IMG/VR virus record: IMGVR_UViG_3300022699_000293
Coordinates: 23,131-87,130 of that record
DNA from: a virus
Reading direction: 5' to 3' (one strand)
DNA length: 64,000 nt
Below, piece by piece: positions 20,229 to 31,152 of this stretch. Made by a program: the position numbers and the translations under genes. Position 1 is the stretch's first letter; the number at the start of each line of letters is the position of its first letter. The notes beneath the pieces were generated by a model. That model saw only the letters and a list, made by a program, of their open reading frames with translations. It did no database searches and was not told the DNA's origin.

Positions 20229-21251
20229 ATGGGATTGTTCAAACGTGCACATGTAAGGGGCATCAATCATGAATTGGTACGACAAGGAATGATTGGATGG
20301 CCTTCTGAAAAAATTGCTGAAGAAGCAACTGATGTCATAGCCGACGAACTTGCAGAAGAAGAAATACCTGAAGTTAGCGGTGACGAAGGTTTGTCTGCTG
20401 AAGAAGCAGCAGCTATCATTGATCAATTGGTCGAAGTAGCAGAAGCTATTGCAGAAAAAACCGGACAAGTACATGATGATAACTTGTCTAAGATGGCTGC
20501 TTCAGTGAATTATGAAACAGCAGCATCAGCGCATGCTACGTCTTTGTTGCAAAAAGCAGCAGCCGAGGCAGGTACTGATGTTACAGGGGATGGAAGATTT
20601 CAGGAAACTATGATGGATGGGGGCATGGGGCATATTGATGCTCGAAAAGATCCTTCATCGGAAAAAGTTGGTCCTCAAGGTACTAGTACTTTAGATACTT
20701 CTCCTGGAGAGGTTGGAGCACAAACACCCCAACCCGAAACTATCGGTCCGGCAGAAGAAGTTAGTTCAGAAGTTTCTAAACTTTCGTCACGTATTGAAAA
20801 GTTAAATGACCTTCTGAACAAGCAGTCCAGTACCGACCCAGGGTCAGGAAATACAGGTACTCCTGCGCGAAAAGAACCTAAGGATAACCAAGAAATGTCG
20901 GGTGTAGCTCCGGCTCAAGGAAAAACTACACAACCTAAGGGTCCTCTAATGGGTTCGCAACAACCACAACCACGCGCAGAAAGCCCTGCTACTCCTGGTG
21001 AAGTAGCTAAACTGTCTTCTTTGCTTCAAAATGCCCTTAATAAGTTGTCTGGTGAAGTGCCTCCTGAGTTGAAAGAAAACGCAGAAGATATGAAACAACA
21101 AGAGGCTAAGGAAGAAAAGGCAAAGCAAGAGGGTAAAAAACCTCCTAAAGAAGAAAAAGACGATAAAGCTGATTCTGAAAAAAGCGAAGAAGAGAAAAAA
21201 GCTCAGTTCGCGCACGCGTTACAAATTTTACAGAACTATGCAGGAAGCTGA
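20229..21251 (+). CDS. Acidic low-complexity head/core protein (KxA-rich)
   Basis: 340 aa; many EKIA/SKMA/QKAA/AKLS sites. Confidence 0.6.
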   Translation: MGLFKRAHVRGINHELVRQGMIGWPSEKIAEEATDVIADELAEEEIPEVSGDEGLSAEEAAAIIDQLVEVAEAIAEKTGQVHDDNLSKMAASVNYETAASAHATSLLQKAAAEAGTDVTGDGRFQETMMDGGMGHIDARKDPSSEKVGPQGTSTLDTSPGEVGAQTPQPETIGPAEEVSSEVSKLSSRIEKLNDLLNKQSSTDPGSGNTGTPARKEPKDNQEMSGVAPAQGKTTQPKGPLMGSQQPQPRAESPATPGEVAKLSSLLQNALNKLSGEVPPELKENAEDMKQQEAKEEKAKQEGKKPPKEEKDDKADSEKSEEEKKAQFAHALQILQNYAGS

Positions 21252-21330
21252 AAATCTTCCTTTCCTATCTTCGAATTCAACGGTATAATTTAAATCAAGA
21301 ATATAAACCCTTTGGAAGGGAGAGATACCT

Positions 21331-23946
21331 ATGCCTATGATTACGCCCCAAGCACAACAGGGTATTCCAGCTGCGCCTGCAGCAGAACAAGCTGAGCAGA
21401 TGCTTAAAGAGCGTTTTTCACAAACAGCTTATAGTGTACTGTTCTCTAAATTTCCTGATCTGGCGCAAAATGTTGTGACTTTCAAAATTTTGGAAACTGA
21501 CGGAGAAAAAGGTAATGGGGTAGGGGCATTCATAATTTTACAGGATCAACTTCCCTTTTATATTCCTGTTGTTTTGGTGGATGGGCAACTGAAACCGTTA
21601 GAAATGTTTTATTATAAGCCTTTAAATATTTTCTTGCCTTTAAACAAAAAATGGATTGACGAAATTGGAAAGATGACTCTTGAAGAAATGGGAGAATCTG
21701 AGAACGCACCGGATGTTGTACCGAAAGATATGAGTGTGCGTAATTTAGTTTTACCTCCAATGACGACAGGGAGGTTTGGGTACGCGAGTGTTTCTGAAGA
21801 AAATTTAGAACACGGTGTAAATTCAATGATCAAAGCAGCGGAAGATCATTCCTTGGATACCCATCCCCAATTTTTAAATATTCTTCAAGAAGGAAATCGT
21901 TTATTACTAGATGGCGTAAAAATAGCTTTTGAGCAACATCCTCAATTGTTGCAAAAATTAGCTTCTGTTTACGGTGTAAAAGAATTAATACAAGCATTTA
22001 ATAAAGGATACGCCAAAGCAGAACAAACAGAAAAGATTGCAGAAAAACACGAACCTGAAAACCCTGCTTTAAAAGTACTTACGATAGACGCGTCTCCAGA
22101 AGAGTTACAAGAATCTTTTGGGGATTCAGCGAAGATTGCTTTTCAAAATATTTTAAAACATGGTTACGATGCTGCTGATAACCGAGATAAAAATGATCTG
22201 AACCGTGTCGTAAAAGTAGAAGGAGAACGTTTTCTACAGGAACCAGGACCTGAAGGAGGCTGGTACCGTCTTTATTTTGTGGATACGAATCCTGAAATTT
22301 ACTACGTAATTCCCTGGCCTGTAGAATGTACAGGAGAAACAGGATTTGTAGAAAATTCAAAACAAAGACCTATAAAATATCTTGCGATACGTAAAGATAC
22401 ACAAATAGCCTTTGTCGTATCTCAATTGATGGGCGAGCCTGTACACTTAATGGATAAAACAATTACGAAATCTCCTCTGTACAAAATTTTGACAGAAACT
22501 TCAAAAAACTCTACTAAACCTAAACCAGATGTTTACGGATGTTTTATAGTACCTTGTGACAAAGGTGCTCAGGCTACGGCTCCTACATGGATAGAACAAG
22601 CTATTTCCGACAATGGAAAACAACGTTACATTTCAGCATATGGAGATGTTACATATATCCTTGATGACGATCCTACACGAAAATATATACAAAGAGTACC
22701 ACCGGCAACGGAAGACAGGTATACAGATTTAATATTTCTTCCAGCAAATGCTAAATGGATTCCTTTAGGATCTTTTTCTAGAGATACAAAAGCTCCTGAA
22801 CTAAAGTATGAACGTAAGCGAAAAGTTGAAAGTAAGCAACGAAGACATTCTATCATTCGGGATCCTCGTTTAGTAACTCGCTGGTTAGATGCTAAATTAC
22901 AAAAAGAAGGTGCTCAAGTTATTAATGTTCGAAGTGATGGTTCTAGTTTCTGGAGAATAGAAGATGATTCCCTATCATATCCTTTTAAAAATGCTTTGGA
23001 GAAAGTAGCTTTACAATACCATATAAGTGTACCCGAAGCCGAAGAAGTCTTAAAAGAAGCTCAACAGTATGGGCGTGCTCCCGTGCGTTTAGTTAAAGGT
23101 GGTAATGTATTGGAAAATTTTTTTGAAAACATTGGCAAAGAAGCACAAGCACCAATGCCTATAGCTACCCAACAAATGCAACAAATACCTGCTGGAACTA
23201 TGCCACCGGGTGGGATGTTACCTCCTGCAGGAGGTCAACAGCAGCAACCAGCTGTAGACCCAACAGATTTAGCTATTACAGAAGCTATACAAAATCTACA
23301 ACAACAAAACCAATTGCAAACGCAAGAAATGCAAGCACAGGCTGAACAATTACAGCAAGCTACACAGCAACAAGCACAACAAACACAGCAGTTAGTTGGT
23401 GTTTTACAAGGGATACAACAAAGGTCAGCAGAGATCGGACAAGCTACAGGCGGAATGATTCCTCCAGAAGCTATGGAAGCTCCTGCAGCTGCTGCTGAAA
23501 TGTTAGCACCTACTCCACCTCCAGAGAGCGTACCTCCGCCAATGCCGATAATGGATGAAGACACTGAATCGGTTACACCCGAAATGGTGGCGCAACAAAT
23601 TAATCCATTTTTAGTTGATCAAGCTGAAGAGTTACAAGATAACCAAATATTCGATACAGCTGCCATCTCCATGTTGGCAACGTCGCCAATTTTACAAAAC
23701 ATTGTTTCTATTTATGTTCCTAATATGGAAAAATGTTTAGATAATTTAGGAAGAGTTTTACTAACTCTATGGCTAACTGAGGAAGAAACTAAAAAAGCTA
23801 TAGGTGATGAGGCATTTATTTCTTTAGAAGATAAATTACGAGCTGTATTCAAATCTTTAGGAGACATAATTATTAACTTGAGTCAAAACGCAATTAGTAC
23901 TAGCCCTGAAATGCAAGCACAGCAAGGGCCTGCTACTGGGGTATAA
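21331..23946 (+). CDS. Large putative head/core protein with Q/P-rich C-terminal region
   Basis: 871 aa; KxA sites; TATAAT upstream at 21284. Confidence 0.6.
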   Translation: MPMITPQAQQGIPAAPAAEQAEQMLKERFSQTAYSVLFSKFPDLAQNVVTFKILETDGEKGNGVGAFIILQDQLPFYIPVVLVDGQLKPLEMFYYKPLNIFLPLNKKWIDEIGKMTLEEMGESENAPDVVPKDMSVRNLVLPPMTTGRFGYASVSEENLEHGVNSMIKAAEDHSLDTHPQFLNILQEGNRLLLDGVKIAFEQHPQLLQKLASVYGVKELIQAFNKGYAKAEQTEKIAEKHEPENPALKVLTIDASPEELQESFGDSAKIAFQNILKHGYDAADNRDKNDLNRVVKVEGERFLQEPGPEGGWYRLYFVDTNPEIYYVIPWPVECTGETGFVENSKQRPIKYLAIRKDTQIAFVVSQLMGEPVHLMDKTITKSPLYKILTETSKNSTKPKPDVYGCFIVPCDKGAQATAPTWIEQAISDNGKQRYISAYGDVTYILDDDPTRKYIQRVPPATEDRYTDLIFLPANAKWIPLGSFSRDTKAPELKYERKRKVESKQRRHSIIRDPRLVTRWLDAKLQKEGAQVINVRSDGSSFWRIEDDSLSYPFKNALEKVALQYHISVPEAEEVLKEAQQYGRAPVRLVKGGNVLENFFENIGKEAQAPMPIATQQMQQIPAGTMPPGGMLPPAGGQQQQPAVDPTDLAITEAIQNLQQQNQLQTQEMQAQAEQLQQATQQQAQQTQQLVGVLQGIQQRSAEIGQATGGMIPPEAMEAPAAAAEMLAPTPPPESVPPPMPIMDEDTESVTPEMVAQQINPFLVDQAEELQDNQIFDTAAISMLATSPILQNIVSIYVPNMEKCLDNLGRVLLTLWLTEEETKKAIGDEAFISLEDKLRAVFKSLGDIIINLSQNAISTSPEMQAQQGPATGV

Positions 23947-23950
23947 TTTA

Positions 23951-24664
23951 ATGCATGTACTACACACTCCAGATCCATGTTGGCGTTGGAACATGCTGCG
24001 CAAGTGTGTGGAAGAGGGTGCACCTCCTAACGAACCTTATTTAAAAGAGTTTTATACTATAATTGTCCAACAACAGGGAGATACAGAGAAACAATATGCC
24101 TTAGATTTAGTTCGTAAAAGACTACACCGAGAAATTTTGCAAGCTTTTTTTCTTTGCAACTCTAAATTAGAATTAATTTCAGATACTTTAAAAATAGAAA
24201 TAGATGTATTAAATCATGTAAAATTACTGGTTGCGGATACCTCAGAATTTAGGAATCGTTTAGAACATTTTAGCTATGTTCAAGAGTTACTAGAAAACCC
24301 TAACGCATTAACGGATTCGGGTAAAAAGTATCTGTTTATGGCAATGACACACGGTCCCGAGTTTATGGCAAATCACTTCAACATTGGTGATGAAAAATTT
24401 GTAGTTACGCCTAAAAAGTTAATAGAGAAATTTATACAAACAGCGTATCATTTAGGTGCGAATGCACAAGGAAATTCTGTGACAGCTGATGTAACAAAAC
24501 AAGCACGTTTGTGGATGTTGGACGGTGTGAAGTATTTGGAAGCGTATAAAGATGCCGAAGGTGGAGGTGATGTAGACGATGATCCGCTAATGGCTATAGA
24601 AGAACGTAAACGTACGATTTCTGTCACAGATTTAGATGCTAGTCCTGAAGATATCATTCATTGA
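23951..24664 (+). CDS. Hypothetical protein
   Basis: 237-aa ORF in the operon. Confidence 0.6.
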   Translation: MHVLHTPDPCWRWNMLRKCVEEGAPPNEPYLKEFYTIIVQQQGDTEKQYALDLVRKRLHREILQAFFLCNSKLELISDTLKIEIDVLNHVKLLVADTSEFRNRLEHFSYVQELLENPNALTDSGKKYLFMAMTHGPEFMANHFNIGDEKFVVTPKKLIEKFIQTAYHLGANAQGNSVTADVTKQARLWMLDGVKYLEAYKDAEGGGDVDDDPLMAIEERKRTISVTDLDASPEDIIH

Positions 24665-24685
24665 TCGGGGAGATAGAGGACAACA

Positions 24686-25513
24686 ATGTTAACGAAAAAT
24701 GATTTTGAAAAAGCTGCTGAAACAATAGCTAAACAATACATGCAAACTGAAGGAAATAAGACAATAAATCAGTTAGCAAAAAAAATAGCATCTGATAACA
24801 ATCTGAATCCTGATCAAATTAGAACTATGGTTCGACTAGCTAACGTGTCTGTGTTTGGCAAGCTATTTCAAACCAAGACGGGAGAAGATAAGAACATCCA
24901 ATTTGAAACTGGTGATCCAGAAGTGGTGATTGACGCTCTTTATGATGATACGAAAACTTTGAAACTTGCTAGCAACGCTGACACGTATGATCAGACTTTA
25001 GATTTTTACGGAGATATGTATACTGTAGAGCAAGCTGAAAAAACGGCAGCTGCTGAAGAAGATCCTGATGAAACAAAGCCTATCAAGTTAGGATATTCTA
25101 AAAAAGAATTGGTGATGCAATTAAAACGAGCATCTGACCGCTTTGATATACGTAGCAAACAAGCAGAACAACGATGGAAAACATGTATGGAAACTGCTAC
25201 ATCAATGTTTAATAAAACTGCAGGAATGGAAAAAACTTCTCATTTTTCTAAATTTGAAAAAGATGTCTTAGCAGCAAATACCGAATTAATACCAGAAGTC
25301 CAAGCATTGCGGGTAATGTCCATGCGTGGTAAAGTTGCATCACCTACAAAGGAAACTCTTGAAAAAATCGCTAATACGCATGTAGCTAATTTACAAGGGG
25401 ATACTAAGGAAATTTTTGAACACTTAAAACAGGCTGCTGCGGCTCGTTTGGACTACCAAGAATGTCGGGAATGCTTAACAAAAATAGATGATAGTATTTT
25501 GAAATTGTCATGA
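24686..25513 (+). CDS. KxA-rich putative prohead core protein
   Basis: About 10 KxA sites in 275 aa. Confidence 0.6.
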   Translation: MLTKNDFEKAAETIAKQYMQTEGNKTINQLAKKIASDNNLNPDQIRTMVRLANVSVFGKLFQTKTGEDKNIQFETGDPEVVIDALYDDTKTLKLASNADTYDQTLDFYGDMYTVEQAEKTAAAEEDPDETKPIKLGYSKKELVMQLKRASDRFDIRSKQAEQRWKTCMETATSMFNKTAGMEKTSHFSKFEKDVLAANTELIPEVQALRVMSMRGKVASPTKETLEKIANTHVANLQGDTKEIFEHLKQAAAARLDYQECRECLTKIDDSILKLS

Positions 25514-26283
25514 ATTTTGAAACTGTAGAAAAATTAGCAACTCCTGGAACAGGAAAAACGGCTAAATCTTTGCTAAGCCGAATAAAAAATTTGTACCGAA
25601 CACACCCAAAAAAAATGATGGCAGGGACTGTTGCAGGAGTAGGCGGAGCAGGAATGTTAGCAGCACTGCCTAAAGCACGACGAGAAGGACAAAGATTGGA
25701 GGCTGAAATGGCTGAGGCGTATACAGGAGCTCCGGGAGGTAAATATGTTTTTGCGGCACTAGAAAAGTTCGCAGAACGCAAACAATATTTAAGTGAAAAA
25801 ATAGCGATGGTAAAGAAAGCTTATAACTTTGCACAACCTGCTTCTAATTATCCCGGGAGACGGGAACGTCCATCTTTTGCTGAAAACGTTGAAGGAGGCG
25901 TTGCAAAAGCGTTAGGTGGGGGGATAGCTCAAGCAGGTATTTCTGCGTTGGGTAAGCTTATTAGCGGTACTGCAAAATCTCTTAAAGAGCGCATGGTTCT
26001 AGACAAGAAAAGAGAAGCTATTGTAGACCACATTATGGAGCATGACCCCATCGTTTCTGTTCAGGAAGAACTTAACCCGGGATCTACTATTCAAGCATAT
26101 TCGACCATGGTCAAGTTTGCTCCTCGCTTAAGTACGGACCCAAACGTAGTAACATCATTTTTACGTGAAGCTTCTCAATCTGAAGGTGGGATTAATCCCT
26201 TGACGGTTCAACAATTAGCTAAGACTGAATCAGCCATTAACCAGATTTACGGCCCCTCCGGAGGCGGCGGTAAAGGTCGATAA
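25510..26283 (+). CDS. KxA-rich glycine-zipper putative internal protein
   Basis: EKLA/EKFA/EKIA; two Gly/Ala-rich hydrophobic helices. Confidence 0.6.
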   Translation: MNFETVEKLATPGTGKTAKSLLSRIKNLYRTHPKKMMAGTVAGVGGAGMLAALPKARREGQRLEAEMAEAYTGAPGGKYVFAALEKFAERKQYLSEKIAMVKKAYNFAQPASNYPGRRERPSFAENVEGGVAKALGGGIAQAGISALGKLISGTAKSLKERMVLDKKREAIVDHIMEHDPIVSVQEELNPGSTIQAYSTMVKFAPRLSTDPNVVTSFLREASQSEGGINPLTVQQLAKTESAINQIYGPSGGGGKGR

Positions 26284-26298
26284 AGAAGGAGATACGTC

Positions 26299-26517
26299 AT
26301 GGACGAATTTAAATTATTAGACACGTTATTGCCTGCTAATTTAAAATTAGCGATGCTGACGGGGAATGCTGACAAGATTGCAACAGCATGTACAGGTTTA
26401 GACAAATTTGAATTTAGAGATGTGGCACAGTATGTCGGTACTAAACTTGCCGAACATGGACGGCATTATCAAAAAATAAGTCGTGGATTGTTAGCACTTG
26501 AAAAGTTAAAAGGTTAA
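26299..26517 (+). CDS. Small KxA-containing protein
   Basis: SD aaggag; LKLA, DKIA, TKLA. Confidence 0.6.
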   Translation: MDEFKLLDTLLPANLKLAMLTGNADKIATACTGLDKFEFRDVAQYVGTKLAEHGRHYQKISRGLLALEKLKG

Positions 26518-26522
26518 TCACC

Positions 26523-26897
26523 ATGCAACGTAAATTTGCAAAAGACGTATCTTGTGCTGTACATGAATTAGGGCAGTTAGAAACTATTGCAGTTAAAACA
26601 GCATCAGAAAATGCCAGCGCAGAAGCACAACGAACTATCTCAATGGCAGCTAGCGGTATTTACGACGTAATACAACAAAAAGCTGCGGAAGAATGTGCTG
26701 GTGATTTTTGTCAATGTGTCGACAAAGTAGCAACAACTTTACAAAAGCCCAAAATGTCTGTAGACGCTAAAACTAAATTAGCGGCAGCTGTTGCTGTAGA
26801 TACTGTATTAACGGAACAACCGCAAACAGAGAAAATTGCTCGTGCTCGGGCTTACGGTCGAGAATTTATAGCAGAGTTTCTGAGAGAAATTATTTAA
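26523..26897 (+). CDS. KxA-rich protein
   Basis: RKFA, VKTA, QKAA, DKVA, TKLA, EKIA. Confidence 0.6.
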   Translation: MQRKFAKDVSCAVHELGQLETIAVKTASENASAEAQRTISMAASGIYDVIQQKAAEECAGDFCQCVDKVATTLQKPKMSVDAKTKLAAAVAVDTVLTEQPQTEKIARARAYGREFIAEFLREII

Positions 26898-26898
26898 A

Positions 26899-28980
26899 AT
26901 GCTTTCAAAAATATTACATTTAGATTCGCATTTCCCTACAGGCGAGTTAACAGTACAGCCTGTATTTTTGTGGGCTAATGGAAAAGCATGTCTTGAAAAT
27001 ATAAGCAAGTATGCAAGTGTGGGTCACGATTACTTCAAAACAATTGAACCTATTCCCGGACACTCCGTTGTTTATGTTCTTGCTGTTAGTGGTTGGGAAA
27101 CTTACGGAGAAAATAAAAATGGGGACGGTTTTCCTGAATTCCCATATAAAGAAGATTCTTCTCCACCATGGATTGCTCCTGATGAAGTTCTTCCGTTACA
27201 TTATAAATCTTTTGAAAAACACGGAAATAACTTTCGACATCATCAAAATAAAGATCCTAAAAAAGCTGTAGGGAAAGTTATAAAATCTTTTTGGAATCCT
27301 ACAATGCACCGAGTTGAACTTCTAATTGATTTAGAAGATGAAAAAGCTCCAGATTTAGCGGAAAGAATTGCTTCCGGTGAATTCCCTCCTGTTAGTATGG
27401 GAACTCGAGTTAGGTACGATGTTTGTAACATTTGCGGTAATCGCGCACCTACTCGTGCTCAATATTGTGACCATCTTAAATTTCAAATGAAGCAGACACT
27501 ACCAGACGGTAGAACTATTTGTGCTTTAAACCCTAATCCTAAATTTTTTGATATTAGTTGGGTTTTTAAACCAGCAGACCCGACAGCGTATATGCTAAAA
27601 AAAGTAGCTGATAACGAACCTTATGAGTTGTCAGGTGCAGCTGCAGGAGAGTACTTAGACAAGATGGCGGAACGAAAATTAGCCGCTAAAAAATTAGCTG
27701 TAATTGACAAACTTATTCAAGGTTATCCTCTAGACGCTAAATGCGAAGGATTTAATCCCTCCGATATACATAACATTCAAGCTATAAGAGATCTTGTTCT
27801 ATCCGTAGTAGACGACATTCCTGAATTCTCAGACGATACTTTGAAAGAATTGTCGATCCACCCTCTTAACAAAATTTTTTCTACTTTGTTTTCAGGAGGA
27901 ATTTCTCTTTCTACTCCGGAGTTAGTAAAAATAATCGTCTATAAAAATTATCCTAATACGGAAATAGGGGATGATATTTTAGACAAGTGCGTTATTATGC
28001 AACAACCTTTAAGGGAATTTATTGAAGATTGTCCCCAAATTATGGATCAGTTTGAAAAAGATGGGTACTTTGACTTAGGTATCGATAAAGTAGATACCAA
28101 AATAGCTTCAATTGTTGATCCTTATTTTGAAAAACGTTCTGGTATTCCTCAATATTTAAAACGACAATTTGTACCTTCAAAATATCGAGATGTGCCTGAG
28201 CCTAAAACAACACCTCTTACCGTTAGTGATCCAGTTACAGGAACTCGATACCAAACTACACGAGGTGCTGCTCTAACGGCACATGACGAAATAGCTAAAA
28301 AGAATTTAATGAAAGTTTTGGGGGGTGCTGCTTTGTTGGGCGGTGCTTATAAGTTACTTGGAACAGGTTTAGAGCATATAGGGAAACGAAAATTAAAACC
28401 ACTATTAGGGTTATCTTTAGCAGGTTTAGGTGTTAGTCAGTGGCCTGATATGGGTCCGCATTACAGGACAGACCAAGGCGTTCCTGTGCCGACATTGACT
28501 GAAATGGTACCTAAGCAGGCAGCTATAACATCTTCTTTAGCATTGCCTGCTTTAGGTACTTTAGCAGCTATGACTGCTTTGGGCTTAGACTATAAATCTC
28601 GATTACGGCGAGGAGAACCTATAGGGCATCCTGCATTACCTTTATCTCGACGACTATTGGATAGGGTTGAACGTTTTACTTATGAGCACCCTGTAGTTAC
28701 TGCTATTGGTGGAACAGCTGCCTTGAAAGGTCTTGGAAAAATTCCTCTTGTGCAGAAAGGTATGGGTTATGCCGGACGTGCAGGAGAATATGCAAAAAGA
28801 AAAGCTCAAGATGCTGCTTCAAATGTGCGCGATGCTTTTCGTACTATGGCTCGGGAACGTGTAAAAGTATCTGAACTTCTCGAACCAGATTTACCAACAC
28901 CTACAGGTACAGTAGAATTGCCCCCTATAGATTTGGATAAAATAGCTACAAAAATTGGTTATCTAATTTGGGAAGGCTAA
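26899..28980 (+). CDS. Probable prohead (capsid maturation) protease with Zn finger and long C-terminal extension
   Basis: NKNGDGF, HHQNK..AVGKV (His), VSMG (Ser), CNICGN..CDH, FFDISWV..PAD, resembling HK97/herpes-fold phage proteases; upstream of scaffold and capsid genes. Confidence 0.7.
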   Translation: MLSKILHLDSHFPTGELTVQPVFLWANGKACLENISKYASVGHDYFKTIEPIPGHSVVYVLAVSGWETYGENKNGDGFPEFPYKEDSSPPWIAPDEVLPLHYKSFEKHGNNFRHHQNKDPKKAVGKVIKSFWNPTMHRVELLIDLEDEKAPDLAERIASGEFPPVSMGTRVRYDVCNICGNRAPTRAQYCDHLKFQMKQTLPDGRTICALNPNPKFFDISWVFKPADPTAYMLKKVADNEPYELSGAAAGEYLDKMAERKLAAKKLAVIDKLIQGYPLDAKCEGFNPSDIHNIQAIRDLVLSVVDDIPEFSDDTLKELSIHPLNKIFSTLFSGGISLSTPELVKIIVYKNYPNTEIGDDILDKCVIMQQPLREFIEDCPQIMDQFEKDGYFDLGIDKVDTKIASIVDPYFEKRSGIPQYLKRQFVPSKYRDVPEPKTTPLTVSDPVTGTRYQTTRGAALTAHDEIAKKNLMKVLGGAALLGGAYKLLGTGLEHIGKRKLKPLLGLSLAGLGVSQWPDMGPHYRTDQGVPVPTLTEMVPKQAAITSSLALPALGTLAAMTALGLDYKSRLRRGEPIGHPALPLSRRLLDRVERFTYEHPVVTAIGGTAALKGLGKIPLVQKGMGYAGRAGEYAKRKAQDAASNVRDAFRTMARERVKVSELLEPDLPTPTGTVELPPIDLDKIATKIGYLIWEG

Positions 28981-29044
28981 ACCTTGTAAAAATAAAAAAC
29001 TTACCCTATCATTAGGGCATCGTAACCTGAAGCGAGGTACTAAA

Positions 29045-29806
29045 ATGGAACTGGAAGCAATCATCAATGAACTGAAAAAAGATCCGGAGACTGAGAAAGT
29101 CGCCAATGACAACAGTTCAACAACCCCTGCTCAATCCCAGGACAAAAGTGCGGAAGAATTGAGTGATGCGTTAAAGGATGCCCTCAAAACGGGGGAACCA
29201 AATAAGCAAGCTTCTGCAGAAGAAGAAAATCCTGTGGAAGCTTTGATGAAAATGGCGAGTGAAATGTCTAGCATGGACAAAGAAGCAGAAGAAGCCACTG
29301 TACGAAATTTAGGTATTGCTTTTGCAGATAGTGCACACCGCCGATGGAACGAGTTAAATGAAAAAGTAGGTAACGTTTTAGATCCTCTGGCTGAAGCAGT
29401 GAAAATTGCAGCTATGCAGGGTTACGAGGATACTAATACCGCTTTAGGAAAACAAGCAACACTTCAGCAAGGTTACGAAGATACTGATCTTGCATTAACA
29501 AAACAAGCAGCACTCCAACAAGGTTATAGTGATGCTAACGCTACTTTAGATGGCTACCAAAAAACAGCGGCGGGACAGACTGACGTGTCTGACGAACAAG
29601 TATTAGAGCAACTCGTAAAGCATGCAGAAGCTGGTGACGCTGAAGCTCAGCAATACTTACAAAAAATTGCAGAAGAATATGAAGCTGGTAGTCAAGCTGC
29701 ATTGCAAATGGCTCACAAGGTAGCATCTGAAGAATTTTTAAAGGGTGCGGCAGAAGTTCAGGTTTTGCTTAACGCTCTGCGAGAACAACAACAGCAACAA
29801 CAATAA
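29045..29806 (+). CDS. Probable scaffolding protein
   Basis: Acidic and helical; about 12 KxA sites; 17-aa internal repeat QGYED..KQA; between protease and capsid. Confidence 0.6.
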   Translation: MELEAIINELKKDPETEKVANDNSSTTPAQSQDKSAEELSDALKDALKTGEPNKQASAEEENPVEALMKMASEMSSMDKEAEEATVRNLGIAFADSAHRRWNELNEKVGNVLDPLAEAVKIAAMQGYEDTNTALGKQATLQQGYEDTDLALTKQAALQQGYSDANATLDGYQKTAAGQTDVSDEQVLEQLVKHAEAGDAEAQQYLQKIAEEYEAGSQAALQMAHKVASEEFLKGAAEVQVLLNALREQQQQQQ

Positions 29807-29807
29807 A

Positions 29808-29894
29808 ATGTACGATTCAAGTACCATAAAATTCTATACTGAATTGTACAAACAGGCATATGAGATTGCTGCTAAAAGGTTTAATACACTATGA
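29808..29894 (+). CDS. Small ORF missing from the track (MYDSSTIKFYTELYKQAYEIAAKRFNTL)
   Basis: Fills the gap exactly; ATGA overlap with the next gene; contains KQA. Confidence 0.5.
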   Translation: MYDSSTIKFYTELYKQAYEIAAKRFNTL

Positions 29895-30142
29895 AACGTG
29901 TACCTAATGTGCGAGAAGTTATGGACGCTGTTCAGACTGCTGTCCAAACATCTTCTCAAGAAAAATTGGCTGCTGACATAGATGCACCTTCTAATTTCGT
30001 TGTGGAAACATCACAACAATTAGAAAAATTGGCTAGAAAAATTAGACGTGGAAATTTTGCGCCAGTGACCTATAATGATGTTATGGAATTCGGCTCGTTT
30101 GTTAAAAAGGCAGTGAATCGTGAAAGCCACGGAACAACTTAA
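29891..30142 (+). CDS. Small KxA protein
   Basis: EKLA twice. Confidence 0.6.
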   Translation: MKRVPNVREVMDAVQTAVQTSSQEKLAADIDAPSNFVVETSQQLEKLARKIRRGNFAPVTYNDVMEFGSFVKKAVNRESHGTT

Positions 30143-30275
30143 AAAATTTGCTCAAGAACTTCGCGAAGTGGCGCAAGAAGTAGAGCAAGAAAAAATGCGC
30201 AAATGTGCGCAAATTCTTGTGGCGGCTCAAGGACTGTCAACTTTACAAACACGAATTACGGGAGATGTGGATTAA
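30120..30275 (+). CDS. Small ORF missing from the track (51 aa, MKATEQLKKFAQELRE...)
   Basis: GTG start; TAATG coupling to the next gene; KFA and KCA motifs. Confidence 0.55.
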   Translation: MKATEQLKKFAQELREVAQEVEQEKMRKCAQILVAAQGLSTLQTRITGDVD

Positions 30276-30625
30276 TGCAAGTCGATTCTACCATGCTGTC
30301 TAAAATTGCTTCAGTCATTGAAAAGACTGCAGAGTATATTGAACGGCGCGAAGCACAAACGGTCACAGAACAACAAGAAAAGCGTGCAGAAGAGGCTAAA
30401 CGCATCGCAGATAAGTTGTCTTCTCTTACGGGTGAAGACTTAGATAACAGTATTACTGAAAAATTAGCAGAAATAGATCCTAGGATTGTCAACGTTCTTG
30501 ATAGGATTACGGGAGACGATGTTGAAATCGACTCTATGGGTGGCCCTGGTACTGCCAGGGAAAAAGTAGCATCGAGCATAAGATCCGCTAATGATGAGTT
30601 TGTTGAGTGGGTCACGGGACCGTAA
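30275..30625 (+). CDS. Scaffold-like KxA protein
   Basis: SKIA, EKTA, EKRA, EKLA, EKVA; coiled-coil character. Confidence 0.6.
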   Translation: MQVDSTMLSKIASVIEKTAEYIERREAQTVTEQQEKRAEEAKRIADKLSSLTGEDLDNSITEKLAEIDPRIVNVLDRITGDDVEIDSMGGPGTAREKVASSIRSANDEFVEWVTGP

Positions 30626-30640
30626 ACGGAGGAAACTGAA

Positions 30641-31138
30641 ATGAGTCTACTGAACAACAATTTCGATATCATCACAAAGGACCCGCATCCTAATGCCTTG
30701 GCGAGTCTTATGGTTATTTTGGATGTTTCTGGTGCTCCTGGCCCAGCACCGTCCGGAACACCTACTCCAGGTACGATTGAACCTGGGCATATCGTCATGA
30801 TGGACGCAACAGGCGAAGCTGTTTTGGGTGACCGTGCTGCCTGGACTACAGCTACCCCCATTATGTATATGGCTGCGGTAGATGGTGATATGGATATGGA
30901 CGGTGCATTTTTACACCGTATTACATGTCTCCAAGGTGGTTTTGAGATGACCACAGAACAATACGTTGCTGCTGCGTACACTCCAGGTCAACCTTTGACT
31001 GTAGGTACAGGCGCAAACGTAGGTCTGTTAGAAGGGTTGACGTTAGCAGGACAACCTTTATATGGTTTTGTAGGACCGAGAGGCGTAGGGTCTGACGGTA
31101 CGTTAGATGTAATTGTACCTCAGAGTAATGGCCGCTAA
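30641..31138 (+). CDS. Probable capsid decoration/cement protein
   Basis: 165-aa beta-rich protein directly before the major capsid gene; YTPGQPLTV; SD ggagg. Confidence 0.6.
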   Translation: MSLLNNNFDIITKDPHPNALASLMVILDVSGAPGPAPSGTPTPGTIEPGHIVMMDATGEAVLGDRAAWTTATPIMYMAAVDGDMDMDGAFLHRITCLQGGFEMTTEQYVAAAYTPGQPLTVGTGANVGLLEGLTLAGQPLYGFVGPRGVGSDGTLDVIVPQSNGR

Positions 31139-31152
31139 TAAGGAGGGCAGCC

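Noticed and set aside
30256-30981. 241-aa antisense ORF (and similar antisense ORFs over structural genes)
   Set aside because: Antisense shadow of well-supported plus-strand genes; no SD or motifs
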